Part shown: in pieces, positions 7,025-15,640 of the stretch
How the letters are laid out: each line of letters opens with the position of its first letter
How positions within the stretch are numbered: position 1 is the first letter of the stretch
NCBI GenBank assembly: GCA_048885865.1
Contig: JBHLLF010000046.1
Location: forward strand, 1 to 20,099
DNA: 20,099 bases
Reading direction: 5' to 3'
From: Candidatus Hermodarchaeota archaeon
GTDB lineage: Archaea > Asgardarchaeota > Thorarchaeia > Thorarchaeales > Thorarchaeaceae
Made by a program: the position numbers and the translations under genes
Notes under the pieces: model-generated
Seen by the model: only the letters and a program-made list of their open reading frames with translations
What the model was told of the DNA's origin: nothing
Databases searched by the model: none

Positions 7025-9625
7025 GTGAAGAAGCTCACACCTATGCAAAGGCAATATCTCGAATTGAAAAAGCAATATCCAGACTGTATTCTATTATTCA
7101 GACTAGGTGATTTCTATGAGATGTTCAATGAAGATGCAAAGGTGGCGAGCAAGGATCTCGATATCGTATTGACCTCCAGAGGAGAGGGAGTCGCAAAATG
7201 GCCTATGTGCGGAGTTCCTCATCATGCAGTAGATGGCTATGTTGCCAAACTCCTTGCATCTGGTCACACTGTTGCCATCGCTGACCAGGTTGAAGATGCA
7301 TCTCAGGCCAAAGGCCTAGTGAAGAGAGATGTTGTTCGTGTAGTGACTCCTGGTACAGTCCTAGAAACAGGCATGCTGGAAGATGCCACCAATAATTACT
7401 TGCTTGCAATAATTGAGGACTCTGAAAAAATTGGTATGGCTGCAGTTGATGTGTCTACTGGAGAGTTTGTCGCAACAGAGTTTGATGGAAACTACCTGAG
7501 CGAAAACACACTGAATGAGCTTGGGAGGATAAAGCCTTCAGAAATACTACTCCCCGAAACCATATCGAAGAATCAGACTATGCGTTCGACTCTTGAGGAA
7601 CTGGGAGTGCGGCTGACATTTCGAAATGACATGGATTTCTCAGCAAGAGATGCGGAACAAAGACTCAAGGACCAATTTGGTGTGACCACGATTGAGGGCT
7701 ACGGCTTAGGCGACAAGGATGTCGCTCTTGGTGCCGCGGGAGCTGTAATGGCCTACCTGCAGGAAGTGCATAAGGCAAATGCAGTAACGCTTACCGGGCT
7801 CCAGACCTACACGATTGACTCTCATATGGTAGTCGACAGTACTACACAGAGAAACTTGGAGCTCATACGAAATGCCAGGGACGGAACCCCTCGCGGAACG
7901 CTCCTTAGCGTCTTATCCAAGACTGTCACCCCAATGGGCAAGCGAAAACTCAAACAATGGATTCTCCAGCCACTCACAGATATTCCTTCGATCGAGAGAA
8001 GACTTGATGCAGTTGATGAGTTGGCAAGGACCGCACTCACGCGGAAGGCTGTTTCAGATAGTCTAAGGAACCTTGGAGACCTTGAGAGAATCACCAGCAG
8101 GATCGTGTTTGGGGTTGCGGGTGCGAGAGACCTTCTTGGCCTCAGAATTGCACTTGAGAAACTGCCTAAGATTCGCAAGACGCTGGAGGAATGCAAGGCA
8201 GAACTCCTTCAATCTTCTGCCAAGTCAATTGACCTCTTGAAGAATCTGACAAAGACCTTGAAGGCTGCAATCGTCGATGACCCGCCGGTGAGTGTCCGCG
8301 ACGGAGGCATGATTCGTGAGGGCTTTGACGAAGGGCTTGATGGATTGAAGGGATCAATATCATCTGATAAAAAGTGGATTGCATCACTGCAAGCGAGGGA
8401 GAGAAGAAGAACAGGCATCAAGTCACTGAAAGTGGGGTACAACAAGGTCTTTGGATATTACATCGAGGTCTCGAAGTCGAACCTAAGCCTGGTTCCAGAT
8501 GATTACGATAGGAAACAGACACTGACCAATGCAGAGAGATATATCACTCCGGAATTAAAGGAAAAGGAGGCTGCTGTTCTAGCAGGAGAGGACAAGATAA
8601 ACGCTCTCGAATTTGAGATATATGAGAACCTTAGAAACCAGGTCAGAGATGCAATAGAAGAACTACGGGCAAACTCAGAGGCTATCGCGGCTGGTGATGT
8701 GCTGGCATCATTAGCAGAAGTGGCAGTGAACAGGAGATACACCAGACCCAAACTAACAGATGGAACCAGAATCAAGATTGTTGAAGGTAGACATCCTTCT
8801 CTCGAGATGATACTCGGTGCAAATGAGTTCGTTCCCAACAATGTTGAGATAGGTGACGGTGGAAGTTCGCTCATTATTGTTACAGGTCCAAATATGGCTG
8901 GTAAGTCGACATTTATGCGCCAGTGCGCGTTGATAGTGCTCCTCGCGCAGATGGGTTCCTTCGTACCTGCGAAGTCGGCAGAGATTGGTATGGTAGACAG
9001 AATCTTCACAAGAGTTGGAGCCTTTGATGACCTCACAGCTCGTCAGTCAACTTTCATGGTTGAAATGATTGAGACCGCTAACATCATCAACAATGCTACT
9101 GAGAAGAGCTTGGTAATTCTTGATGAGATTGGAAGGGGAACATCAACCTATGACGGCATGGCACTTGCTTGGGCAGTGGCTGAACGGATCGTGCAGATGA
9201 AGTCACGCGCCATGTTTGCAACTCACTTCCACCAATTGACTGAGATGGCAAGTACTCATCATGGTGTCAAAAACGTTCATACATTGGCTAGAGAGTCTGG
9301 CGATACTATTGTGTTTCTGCACAAAGTGGTCGATGGAGGAACCGACAAGAGCTATGGTGTTCAAGTAGCGGCTTTGGCAGGTATCCCTGACGAGGTGGTG
9401 AAGAGAGCACGCTCAATGCTAGCAAGCTTGGAAAAGCAGAGTGCAGTAAATCTAAGGGAAAGCGGCGAAGCCTATGAGCCTGTCCAGACAAGCCTAGAAG
9501 CACTAACCATTGAAGACCCAATTGTTGAGCGTATCAGACACATGGACCTAGATCGAACGACACCTGTCGATGCCCTTGTCAAGCTAAAGGAACTTCAGGA
9601 TGAGGCTCGTTCAAGAGAAGACTGA
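7025..9625 (+). CDS. mutS: DNA mismatch repair protein MutS (MutS1), 866 aa
   Basis: TPMQRQY, mismatch-recognition motif GDFYEMF, MCGVPHH, VVRVVTPGT, Walker A TGPNMAGKST, STFMVEM, Walker B ILDEIGRGTST, FATHFHQL and SYG. GTG start with GGGAGG RBS. Confidence 0.98.
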   Translation: MKKLTPMQRQYLELKKQYPDCILLFRLGDFYEMFNEDAKVASKDLDIVLTSRGEGVAKWPMCGVPHHAVDGYVAKLLASGHTVAIADQVEDASQAKGLVKRDVVRVVTPGTVLETGMLEDATNNYLLAIIEDSEKIGMAAVDVSTGEFVATEFDGNYLSENTLNELGRIKPSEILLPETISKNQTMRSTLEELGVRLTFRNDMDFSARDAEQRLKDQFGVTTIEGYGLGDKDVALGAAGAVMAYLQEVHKANAVTLTGLQTYTIDSHMVVDSTTQRNLELIRNARDGTPRGTLLSVLSKTVTPMGKRKLKQWILQPLTDIPSIERRLDAVDELARTALTRKAVSDSLRNLGDLERITSRIVFGVAGARDLLGLRIALEKLPKIRKTLEECKAELLQSSAKSIDLLKNLTKTLKAAIVDDPPVSVRDGGMIREGFDEGLDGLKGSISSDKKWIASLQARERRRTGIKSLKVGYNKVFGYYIEVSKSNLSLVPDDYDRKQTLTNAERYITPELKEKEAAVLAGEDKINALEFEIYENLRNQVRDAIEELRANSEAIAAGDVLASLAEVAVNRRYTRPKLTDGTRIKIVEGRHPSLEMILGANEFVPNNVEIGDGGSSLIIVTGPNMAGKSTFMRQCALIVLLAQMGSFVPAKSAEIGMVDRIFTRVGAFDDLTARQSTFMVEMIETANIINNATEKSLVILDEIGRGTSTYDGMALAWAVAERIVQMKSRAMFATHFHQLTEMASTHHGVKNVHTLARESGDTIVFLHKVVDGGTDKSYGVQVAALAGIPDEVVKRARSMLASLEKQSAVNLRESGEAYEPVQTSLEALTIEDPIVERIRHMDLDRTTPVDALVKLKELQDEARSRED

Positions 9626-9822
9626 GCTCACGAGGCGTATTCAGAGATATGCAAGGCGAAAAACCATGAAAGTCTATGTTTCTACTCTATTAGAATAGAA
9701 CGTTTAATCTCTCATCCCTCCCAGAATTTCAAGTCATCTTCGTATCAAAACCTTCTTAGACCCTTCTGAGCGAAACGACCCTCTTGTAATGAGCGATTGC
9801 CTTGAGGTTCGAAGAAGTGGTA

Positions 9823-10374
9823 ATGACTGAGATAATCATTGTCTTGGGTGTCATCTATCTCCCTTTCCGAATCTGGCTAGATGAATTCAAGCTTCAAGAT
9901 GAACTCCTATTTCGACGAAGATACTTCAGCAGGTTCTTCTCCTATTATTTAGGCATAGCGCTGTTACTTGGACTTAGCGCATACCCGTTCAATATCATGG
10001 TAATGGTGGCATTCCCAATTCTGGTGGTGACCTCCATTTGGGATATCAACTTCTATCGCAGATTTAGTTCGCAGACTTACTGGACAAAAAATAAGTGTTG
10101 GATGCTAATCGAGAGAATAACCATGCACCCACCTGTGGTGTTAGTTGCGATCTTCATGATTTTCAATGGGGCTAGGAACTACATAGAACCACCGAATCTG
10201 CTTCTGATGGCAGGAATTATCGTTCTTCTTTACTTACCATTTTTCCTATTTGACGAGAGATGGACAAAACGATACAAGTGGCCTGAAGCAGTAATTATTG
10301 TTGGTCTCTTTCTGGCCTCAGGATTATCATTGATTCTTGCAGAAGCAATCCTTTGGGGGGTTCCGATTTGGTGA
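9823..10374 (+). CDS. Hypothetical polytopic membrane protein (about 6 TM helices)
   Basis: Open frame with alternating hydrophobic segments and basic loops. ATG at 9823 preferred over TTG at 9802. Its stop overlaps the next gene's start (GTGA). Confidence 0.75.
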   Translation: MTEIIIVLGVIYLPFRIWLDEFKLQDELLFRRRYFSRFFSYYLGIALLLGLSAYPFNIMVMVAFPILVVTSIWDINFYRRFSSQTYWTKNKCWMLIERITMHPPVVLVAIFMIFNGARNYIEPPNLLLMAGIIVLLYLPFFLFDERWTKRYKWPEAVIIVGLFLASGLSLILAEAILWGVPIW

Positions 10375-11645
10375 AAGAGCTAAAATCATCATTCAAGTCA
10401 TTCTGGAGTTATCTTCGGGAGTCTCGTCTGCTTACATTCGGACTTGCTTTTAGTCTAGTCTATTATCTTGCTGTAGTGATACTGTTTGTATTCTACTTGA
10501 CTCAAGGAGTATTAGCCGATACGATTTTCACAATGGACTTTCAAGTATTTTATGAATCAGGAATAGTGTTTCGAAACTCTCCTGGAGAAATCTACGCAGT
10601 TGCTCCAAATGAGTTACCATACAGATACCTTCCTTCGTTTGCTGCCATTATGGCGATATTCTCGCTTATCCCTTTAATGCCACTATACTTGATTAATATC
10701 TCCTTGATGATGATGATTAACTTTGGAATTGCTTTCCTTGTATTCTCAATTTGTCAGCATTTGGGAGTAACAACTTCTACAAAGAACTTCGAGAAGACAC
10801 TAGCAATTCTTTTCATCACGCCGCCTCATATCATCAATCTAGTTTTAGGCCAAATAACACATCTAGCAATATTCATCGTTCTTCTGGCGTTATACCTTCT
10901 TCAAACAAATGATGATGATTCTGTTCGTAGATTCCTCTTCATTGGAGCACTCATAGGTATTGCAACGGTGCTGAAACCATTCTTTATCGTTCTTTATTCC
11001 TTTATAATTCCAATTTCATTCACAGAGAGATTTAGTCTCAATGTCCCCCTAAGACCCGTCTTTGGAACAACATTGGGATTCCTAGCCACAATGCTACCAA
11101 ACGTTGTGTACTTCATTGCATTTCCGAGTGCGATTGACGAGTTTGTGCAGGTGAACTTCTCGGGTGGGTTACCCTATCAACACAGTACGAGTATCACACA
11201 ACTATTGGTTGATATTCTAAACTTGGGTGATTACACTACTATTGTTTTGATGATTATGTTGGTCATTGGTAGTTTCATATTTGTAAGAAGCTACTACAGA
11301 TTTGTTAGAACGCCTGCGTCCGAGAAGAACTATCTTCATCACTTCACTGATGTGATATTCCTATTCCTCATGGTGTATGCTGAATCTTGGTTTCTATTCA
11401 TAGCAGTATTGTATGCGTTTCTTGCACCGTCTATGCTTCAGCTTTACGCTTGCGAAGTTAATGGAAGTGAAAAGCGCTATCTAGATCTTCTATGGTCAGG
11501 TTCGAACAATCTTCTAGCATTCTTCTCAATCGGTATTGCTTTGGATTTCTTGTTGCTGGGATTTGATCCCATAAATCCGATTTGGATAGCTATCCTCTAT
11601 ATCTTGTATCAAAGGGAATATTGTCTAAATATTAATAGTTCATGA
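10371..11645 (+). CDS. Glycosyltransferase family 87 (GT-C fold, DUF2029/PimE-like)
   Basis: First external loop DFQVFYESG, then YRYLP, NLVLGQ and a K-P motif (TVLKPF), with about 10-11 TM helices. GTG at 10371 is coupled to the upstream stop. Confidence 0.82.
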   Translation: MKELKSSFKSFWSYLRESRLLTFGLAFSLVYYLAVVILFVFYLTQGVLADTIFTMDFQVFYESGIVFRNSPGEIYAVAPNELPYRYLPSFAAIMAIFSLIPLMPLYLINISLMMMINFGIAFLVFSICQHLGVTTSTKNFEKTLAILFITPPHIINLVLGQITHLAIFIVLLALYLLQTNDDDSVRRFLFIGALIGIATVLKPFFIVLYSFIIPISFTERFSLNVPLRPVFGTTLGFLATMLPNVVYFIAFPSAIDEFVQVNFSGGLPYQHSTSITQLLVDILNLGDYTTIVLMIMLVIGSFIFVRSYYRFVRTPASEKNYLHHFTDVIFLFLMVYAESWFLFIAVLYAFLAPSMLQLYACEVNGSEKRYLDLLWSGSNNLLAFFSIGIALDFLLLGFDPINPIWIAILYILYQREYCLNINSS

Positions 11646-11847
11646 TTATCTCATGCATTTTATTGGCCGCGCTCCTTCCATCAGCTATAGCATGAGCTAA
11701 TTCGGTTCTCACTTCTCAGCAAGCATGTAGCCATCCCGAAGCAAAATCACTTGCGTGTTCTTGACTAGATTCAATAGGATAGAATGCATATCGAAGAATA
11801 TCATTAGTCAAGGGATTTGCTAAGAAGGACATCTGGAGGATTGGAAG

Positions 11848-12765
11848 GTGATTCGGGCTGTCAATGTGACTAAGCATTTCGAAGATATCGTTGCGGTTGA
11901 CAATATCTCTCTTGATGTTCCCCAAGGAACGATTCTTGGTATGGTGGGACCGAATGGCGCAGGAAAGACAACTCTTGTACGTATGATGATTGGTATTCTA
12001 GCTCCAACACTTGGAAATTGCTACATTGGAGAAACACAGTCAAATCGTCTCTCCACTGAGGAACGAGCCCGTACAGGATACATGACTCAGCTCAAATCGC
12101 TCTACCCCGATTTGACCGCACGAGAAAATCTCGATTTCTTTGCATCTAGCTATGGAGTCAAGAATCAGCAAAGAAGAAAGGAGCTAGTCGAGCAGGCAGC
12201 CAGATTCACTCGGATTACAGAATCACTAGACCGTACAGTGGATGTGCTCAGTGGTGGCACAATTCAACGAGTGAGTCTTGCTTGTGCAATAGCTCATGAT
12301 CCCGAAGTAATATTCCTTGACGAGCCCACAGTGGGGGTCAGCCCCGAATTGAGATTGGAATTTTGGAATCATTTCCACAATCTTGCTAATGAAGGTAAGA
12401 CGATTGTTATGACAACACACTATCTCGATGAGGCAACGAGATGCGATAATGTTGCTATGATCTTTGAGGGAAGATTAATCGCTCATGGTCATTCGGACGA
12501 CCTGATTGGTTCTCTGCCTCTTGAGAGTACAATCACTGGCACTATTGACCCTAGCAATTCCACTCAGCTAAAGAGCATCTTGGAGAATCTAGCTCCCACT
12601 GAAATCAAAGGAAACCGATTCACTATAAAATCAGCAGACAGTGATGTCAAATTCAAAGTGTTTCAGGCTCTAACACGAGCTCATTTCCAAATGAAGGACC
12701 TTGTTGTGAAGCAACCTGGTCTTGAGGAGGCATTCGCTTATTATGTCAGGAGGTCGCGACAATGA
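11848..12765 (+). CDS. ABC-2 type exporter ATP-binding protein
   Basis: Walker A GPNGAGKT, signature LSGG, Walker B FLDEP, H-loop TTHYLDEA and a C-terminal extension ending LEEAF. GGAGG RBS. Confidence 0.95.
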   Translation: MIRAVNVTKHFEDIVAVDNISLDVPQGTILGMVGPNGAGKTTLVRMMIGILAPTLGNCYIGETQSNRLSTEERARTGYMTQLKSLYPDLTARENLDFFASSYGVKNQQRRKELVEQAARFTRITESLDRTVDVLSGGTIQRVSLACAIAHDPEVIFLDEPTVGVSPELRLEFWNHFHNLANEGKTIVMTTHYLDEATRCDNVAMIFEGRLIAHGHSDDLIGSLPLESTITGTIDPSNSTQLKSILENLAPTEIKGNRFTIKSADSDVKFKVFQALTRAHFQMKDLVVKQPGLEEAFAYYVRRSRQ

Positions 12766-14252
12766 GTCGCAGTATCAGCTCTCACCGTGTTGGTACAATG
12801 ATACGGAGAATCTTCCGTCAGATTCGTCGAGACCGACCAACTCTTGCCTTAATGGTTCTTGCACCATTACTGATCACCTTCCTGTGGTCATTCATTCTTT
12901 CAGGAGAGGTTGTAAATGTCCCAACGGCTGTATGCATTCAGGATACCCCTCTTGAAGAGAGCCTTGGAGCCACTGTAGTATCCTTATTCGAAGAAAATGA
13001 AAATGTGACAGTCTTTGAGAGGTTTCGTGCTAATGCTTTTGATGATCTTGGAGAATCGATACAAGCAGTTCTCTTATTGCCCTTCAATTTTACAGAGGGC
13101 CTTCTAACAGGTGGAAATGTCACGCTCGAATTGCATGTTAATGTGACTAGCGAGATGGAAGCAAACTATATTCTAGCAATGATAGGAAATGTCACTACAC
13201 AGGCTGCCAGCGAGGTATTTGGCAGCAGAGGCGTTGAGATAAAACGTAACATAACATTCTCAGTACCAATTCCTCCAAGTCCGATTGACCTATCATTCAA
13301 CCTTTCTCTTGTGAATGAAGATGTTGGATTCACAACTACGATTGGTGAAATCCTTGAAGACACCTTGTCAGAAAATGGTAATGTGTCTATCACCATGTGT
13401 GATAGCCCTGAGGAAGTTGTGGAGTTAATCGAATCCAGATCTGTAGTGGCAGGGATCTATATAGGTCCTAATTTCACAAAAGCCACGATAAGTGGTGAAG
13501 AACAGCCCATAGATCTATTCATGAATGGTATACAAGCCGCAGAAGCTGCTTCAGCATTGACGGCAATTCAGATGTCACTATCTGAATCAATCTCCCAGGC
13601 TTTTGGGCGAGAGAGTGAAACCAGTGTGGATCTTACATATGTCTATGGAGAAGCAGGAATGCAAATGATAGAAATTATGGGCCCAGCTATTATTGGATTC
13701 ATGGGTGTTTTCTTCGGTTTTCTTATTCCAGGAATTTTCTTCCTACGAGAAAGACAACAAGGCACATTGGAGAGAATGCAAAGTACGCCCTTATCAGATC
13801 TTGAGATTGTACTCGGGTACTCTGTTGCGTTCATTGGCGTTCTCTTAATTCAGACAATAGTCATTAGCATTGTAATAATCTACATCTCTCCAGGAATACT
13901 TTCGTCTATCTTATTGTTGATTCCTCTAGTTGTTCTCTTGGCAATAGGATCTGTCACACTTGCACTGGCAATTTCGGTTCGAATGAAAAATGAACTGCAG
14001 GTGATACAGCTCATGCTCGTCTTCATCCTCCCCCAGATGTTCCTATCTGGACTCTTGTTCCCCTTGAGTCAGATGCCATCATACATCGCCTTGGTCCCTT
14101 ACTTCTTTCCTCTCACATATTATGTGGAGGCAGCGAGAGCAGTGGCTTTCTATAATGCATCCATTCTAGATGAAATCATACCTGTGATAATCATGATACT
14201 ATACTGCTTGCTTGGCATCACGGCATCTGTGGTCAAACGATCCAAGAGGTGA
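12762..14252 (+). CDS. ABC-2 type exporter permease with tandem-duplicated extracytoplasmic domain
   Basis: N-terminal RRDR-TM1, a large external region, RERQQGTLER, PQMFLSGLLFPLSQMP and PLTY. ATGA overlap with the ATPase gene. Confidence 0.92.
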   Translation: MSRSISSHRVGTMIRRIFRQIRRDRPTLALMVLAPLLITFLWSFILSGEVVNVPTAVCIQDTPLEESLGATVVSLFEENENVTVFERFRANAFDDLGESIQAVLLLPFNFTEGLLTGGNVTLELHVNVTSEMEANYILAMIGNVTTQAASEVFGSRGVEIKRNITFSVPIPPSPIDLSFNLSLVNEDVGFTTTIGEILEDTLSENGNVSITMCDSPEEVVELIESRSVVAGIYIGPNFTKATISGEEQPIDLFMNGIQAAEAASALTAIQMSLSESISQAFGRESETSVDLTYVYGEAGMQMIEIMGPAIIGFMGVFFGFLIPGIFFLRERQQGTLERMQSTPLSDLEIVLGYSVAFIGVLLIQTIVISIVIIYISPGILSSILLLIPLVVLLAIGSVTLALAISVRMKNELQVIQLMLVFILPQMFLSGLLFPLSQMPSYIALVPYFFPLTYYVEAARAVAFYNASILDEIIPVIIMILYCLLGITASVVKRSKR

Positions 14253-14327
14253 GCCCCAATTCAATCTATGCAATCACTTGCGTTGGTGCGTTAGGTTATA
14301 ACATCAGAAGAGAAAGTATCGCAAGCG

Positions 14328-14390
14328 TGGTCAACGTTTCTTGACTTGCTGGTCAAGGTTGATAGAATAATATGCAACTTTGTCAAGTCA
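14328..14390 (+). promoter_or_regulatory. Operator-like repeats upstream of the wHTH regulator
   Basis: CTTGAC-N6-GTCAAG (14340-14357), direct repeat TGGTCAA(C/G)GTT at 14328 and 14350 (22-bp period), and a further GTCAAG at 14382. Confidence 0.5.
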
Positions 14391-14403
14391 TACGTGATGA
14401 TAA

Positions 14404-14868
14404 ATGAGCTCGGATGAAGTGTTTGAGGCAATCTCTCACCCATTGAGAATAGACATTCTCAAGACTCTCTCAAAGAAGCCTATCGGATTTGCAGATCTTA
14501 AGAGGGAATTACGGATTTCAAGCAGTGGCCTCCTGGATTTTCATCTTAAGAAGATGGCACCCATTGTAGAGAGGAATAGTGATGGTCTTTACACTCTCAA
14601 TCAAGCAGGCTTCGCTGCACTATATGCAGTGAATGTCGTTTCACGGAAGGGCTGGCAGAGAAGAGCTCTCTTCAGCAATATATGCGTATACGTTGTGATG
14701 AATGTCTACATGTGGTTTGCAATACCCGAGTTCTTTCTTCTGGTGCTTATCCCCACCACTGCCTGGATTCTTTTCTATGCCTATTGGTCAATAGTGAAGA
14801 GAAGAGTGCACCTAACAGGTCGAGAGAATAAGAAAATGGAAATTGGAGACGAAAGTCAAAATGACTAA
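14404..14868 (+). CDS. ArsR-like winged-helix transcriptional regulator with C-terminal transmembrane helices
   Basis: VFEAISHPLRIDILKTL...FADLKREL..SSSGLLDFHLKKM...YTLN..G is a wHTH. It is followed by two hydrophobic helices (LFSNICVYVVMNVYMWF; FFLLVLIPTTAWILFYAYWSIV) and KRR. Confidence 0.85.
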   Translation: MSSDEVFEAISHPLRIDILKTLSKKPIGFADLKRELRISSSGLLDFHLKKMAPIVERNSDGLYTLNQAGFAALYAVNVVSRKGWQRRALFSNICVYVVMNVYMWFAIPEFFLLVLIPTTAWILFYAYWSIVKRRVHLTGRENKKMEIGDESQND

Positions 14869-15640
14869 TGCTGTGAGCATGAGAAATGTTGTGAAATCCT
14901 TTGGAGAACTAATAGCTGTAAACGATGTCTCATTTGAGGTTCAGGAAGGAGAGATATTCGGAATCTTGGGACCCAATGGAGCAGGGAAGACTACAGCTAT
15001 CAAAGTCCTCATGGGTCTTTTGGATTCGGACTCAGGTTCAGCACATGTCTTTGGAATCAGCTCGAAAGAGGACCCCATTGGTGTCAAGAAAATCGTAGGG
15101 TATGTGCCTGAGGAACAGCAGCTCTACGAGTCCCTGACACCGAGAGAGATGTTCGAGTTTATAGCTTCAGTTAGAGAACTTCCAGAAGAGAAAGCTAGCA
15201 AGCGTGTAAAGGAATTTGTGCATGCTCTTGATTTTGAGAAGTATTATGATGCAATGGTCGTGACCTTATCGCAGGGAAATAAGCAGAAGGCGATGCTCAT
15301 CGCAGCGCTCCTTCACAAACCTAGGCTCCTAATCCTTGACGAGCCATTCTCTGGACTTGATGTTCGTACAGCTTCGATCATGAAGGATGTCATAAGAATT
15401 CACGCTGAAAACGGCGGCTCTGTATTGTTGAGCACACATATCATGGAAGTAGCTGAGGCAATGTGCGACCGAGTAGGAATCCTTGATGAAGGCGAGCTAG
15501 TTGCTGTCGGCACACTTGAAGAGCTACGAGGTGTTTCACAGAGAGAGGGTGCAACTCTGGAGAAAGTCTTCTTGGCCTTGACTGAGCAGGAAGATGAGGT
15601 ACGCGAGGGTATCGACCAACTTAGGGAGGCACTTGCATAG
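14861..15640 (+). CDS. ABC exporter ATP-binding protein
   Basis: GPNGAGKT, LSQGNKQ, LILDEPFSGLD, LSTHIMEVAE and LEKVFL. ATG at 14861 overlaps the regulator stop. Confidence 0.95.
   Translation: MTNAVSMRNVVKSFGELIAVNDVSFEVQEGEIFGILGPNGAGKTTAIKVLMGLLDSDSGSAHVFGISSKEDPIGVKKIVGYVPEEQQLYESLTPREMFEFIASVRELPEEKASKRVKEFVHALDFEKYYDAMVVTLSQGNKQKAMLIAALLHKPRLLILDEPFSGLDVRTASIMKDVIRIHAENGGSVLLSTHIMEVAEAMCDRVGILDEGELVAVGTLEELRGVSQREGATLEKVFLALTEQEDEVREGIDQLREALA

Noticed and set aside
6856-7110. 84-aa ORF overlapping the mutS start
   Set aside because: TTG start without a clear RBS, 86-nt out-of-frame overlap with the conserved MutS N-terminus, and no recognisable family.
7203-9521. Several minus-strand ORFs within mutS
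   Set aside because: Antisense shadows of a highly conserved gene.
9823-11645. AT/T-rich composition suggesting a horizontally acquired island
   Set aside because: Explained by codons for hydrophobic residues; no integrase, tRNA or boundary repeats were seen.
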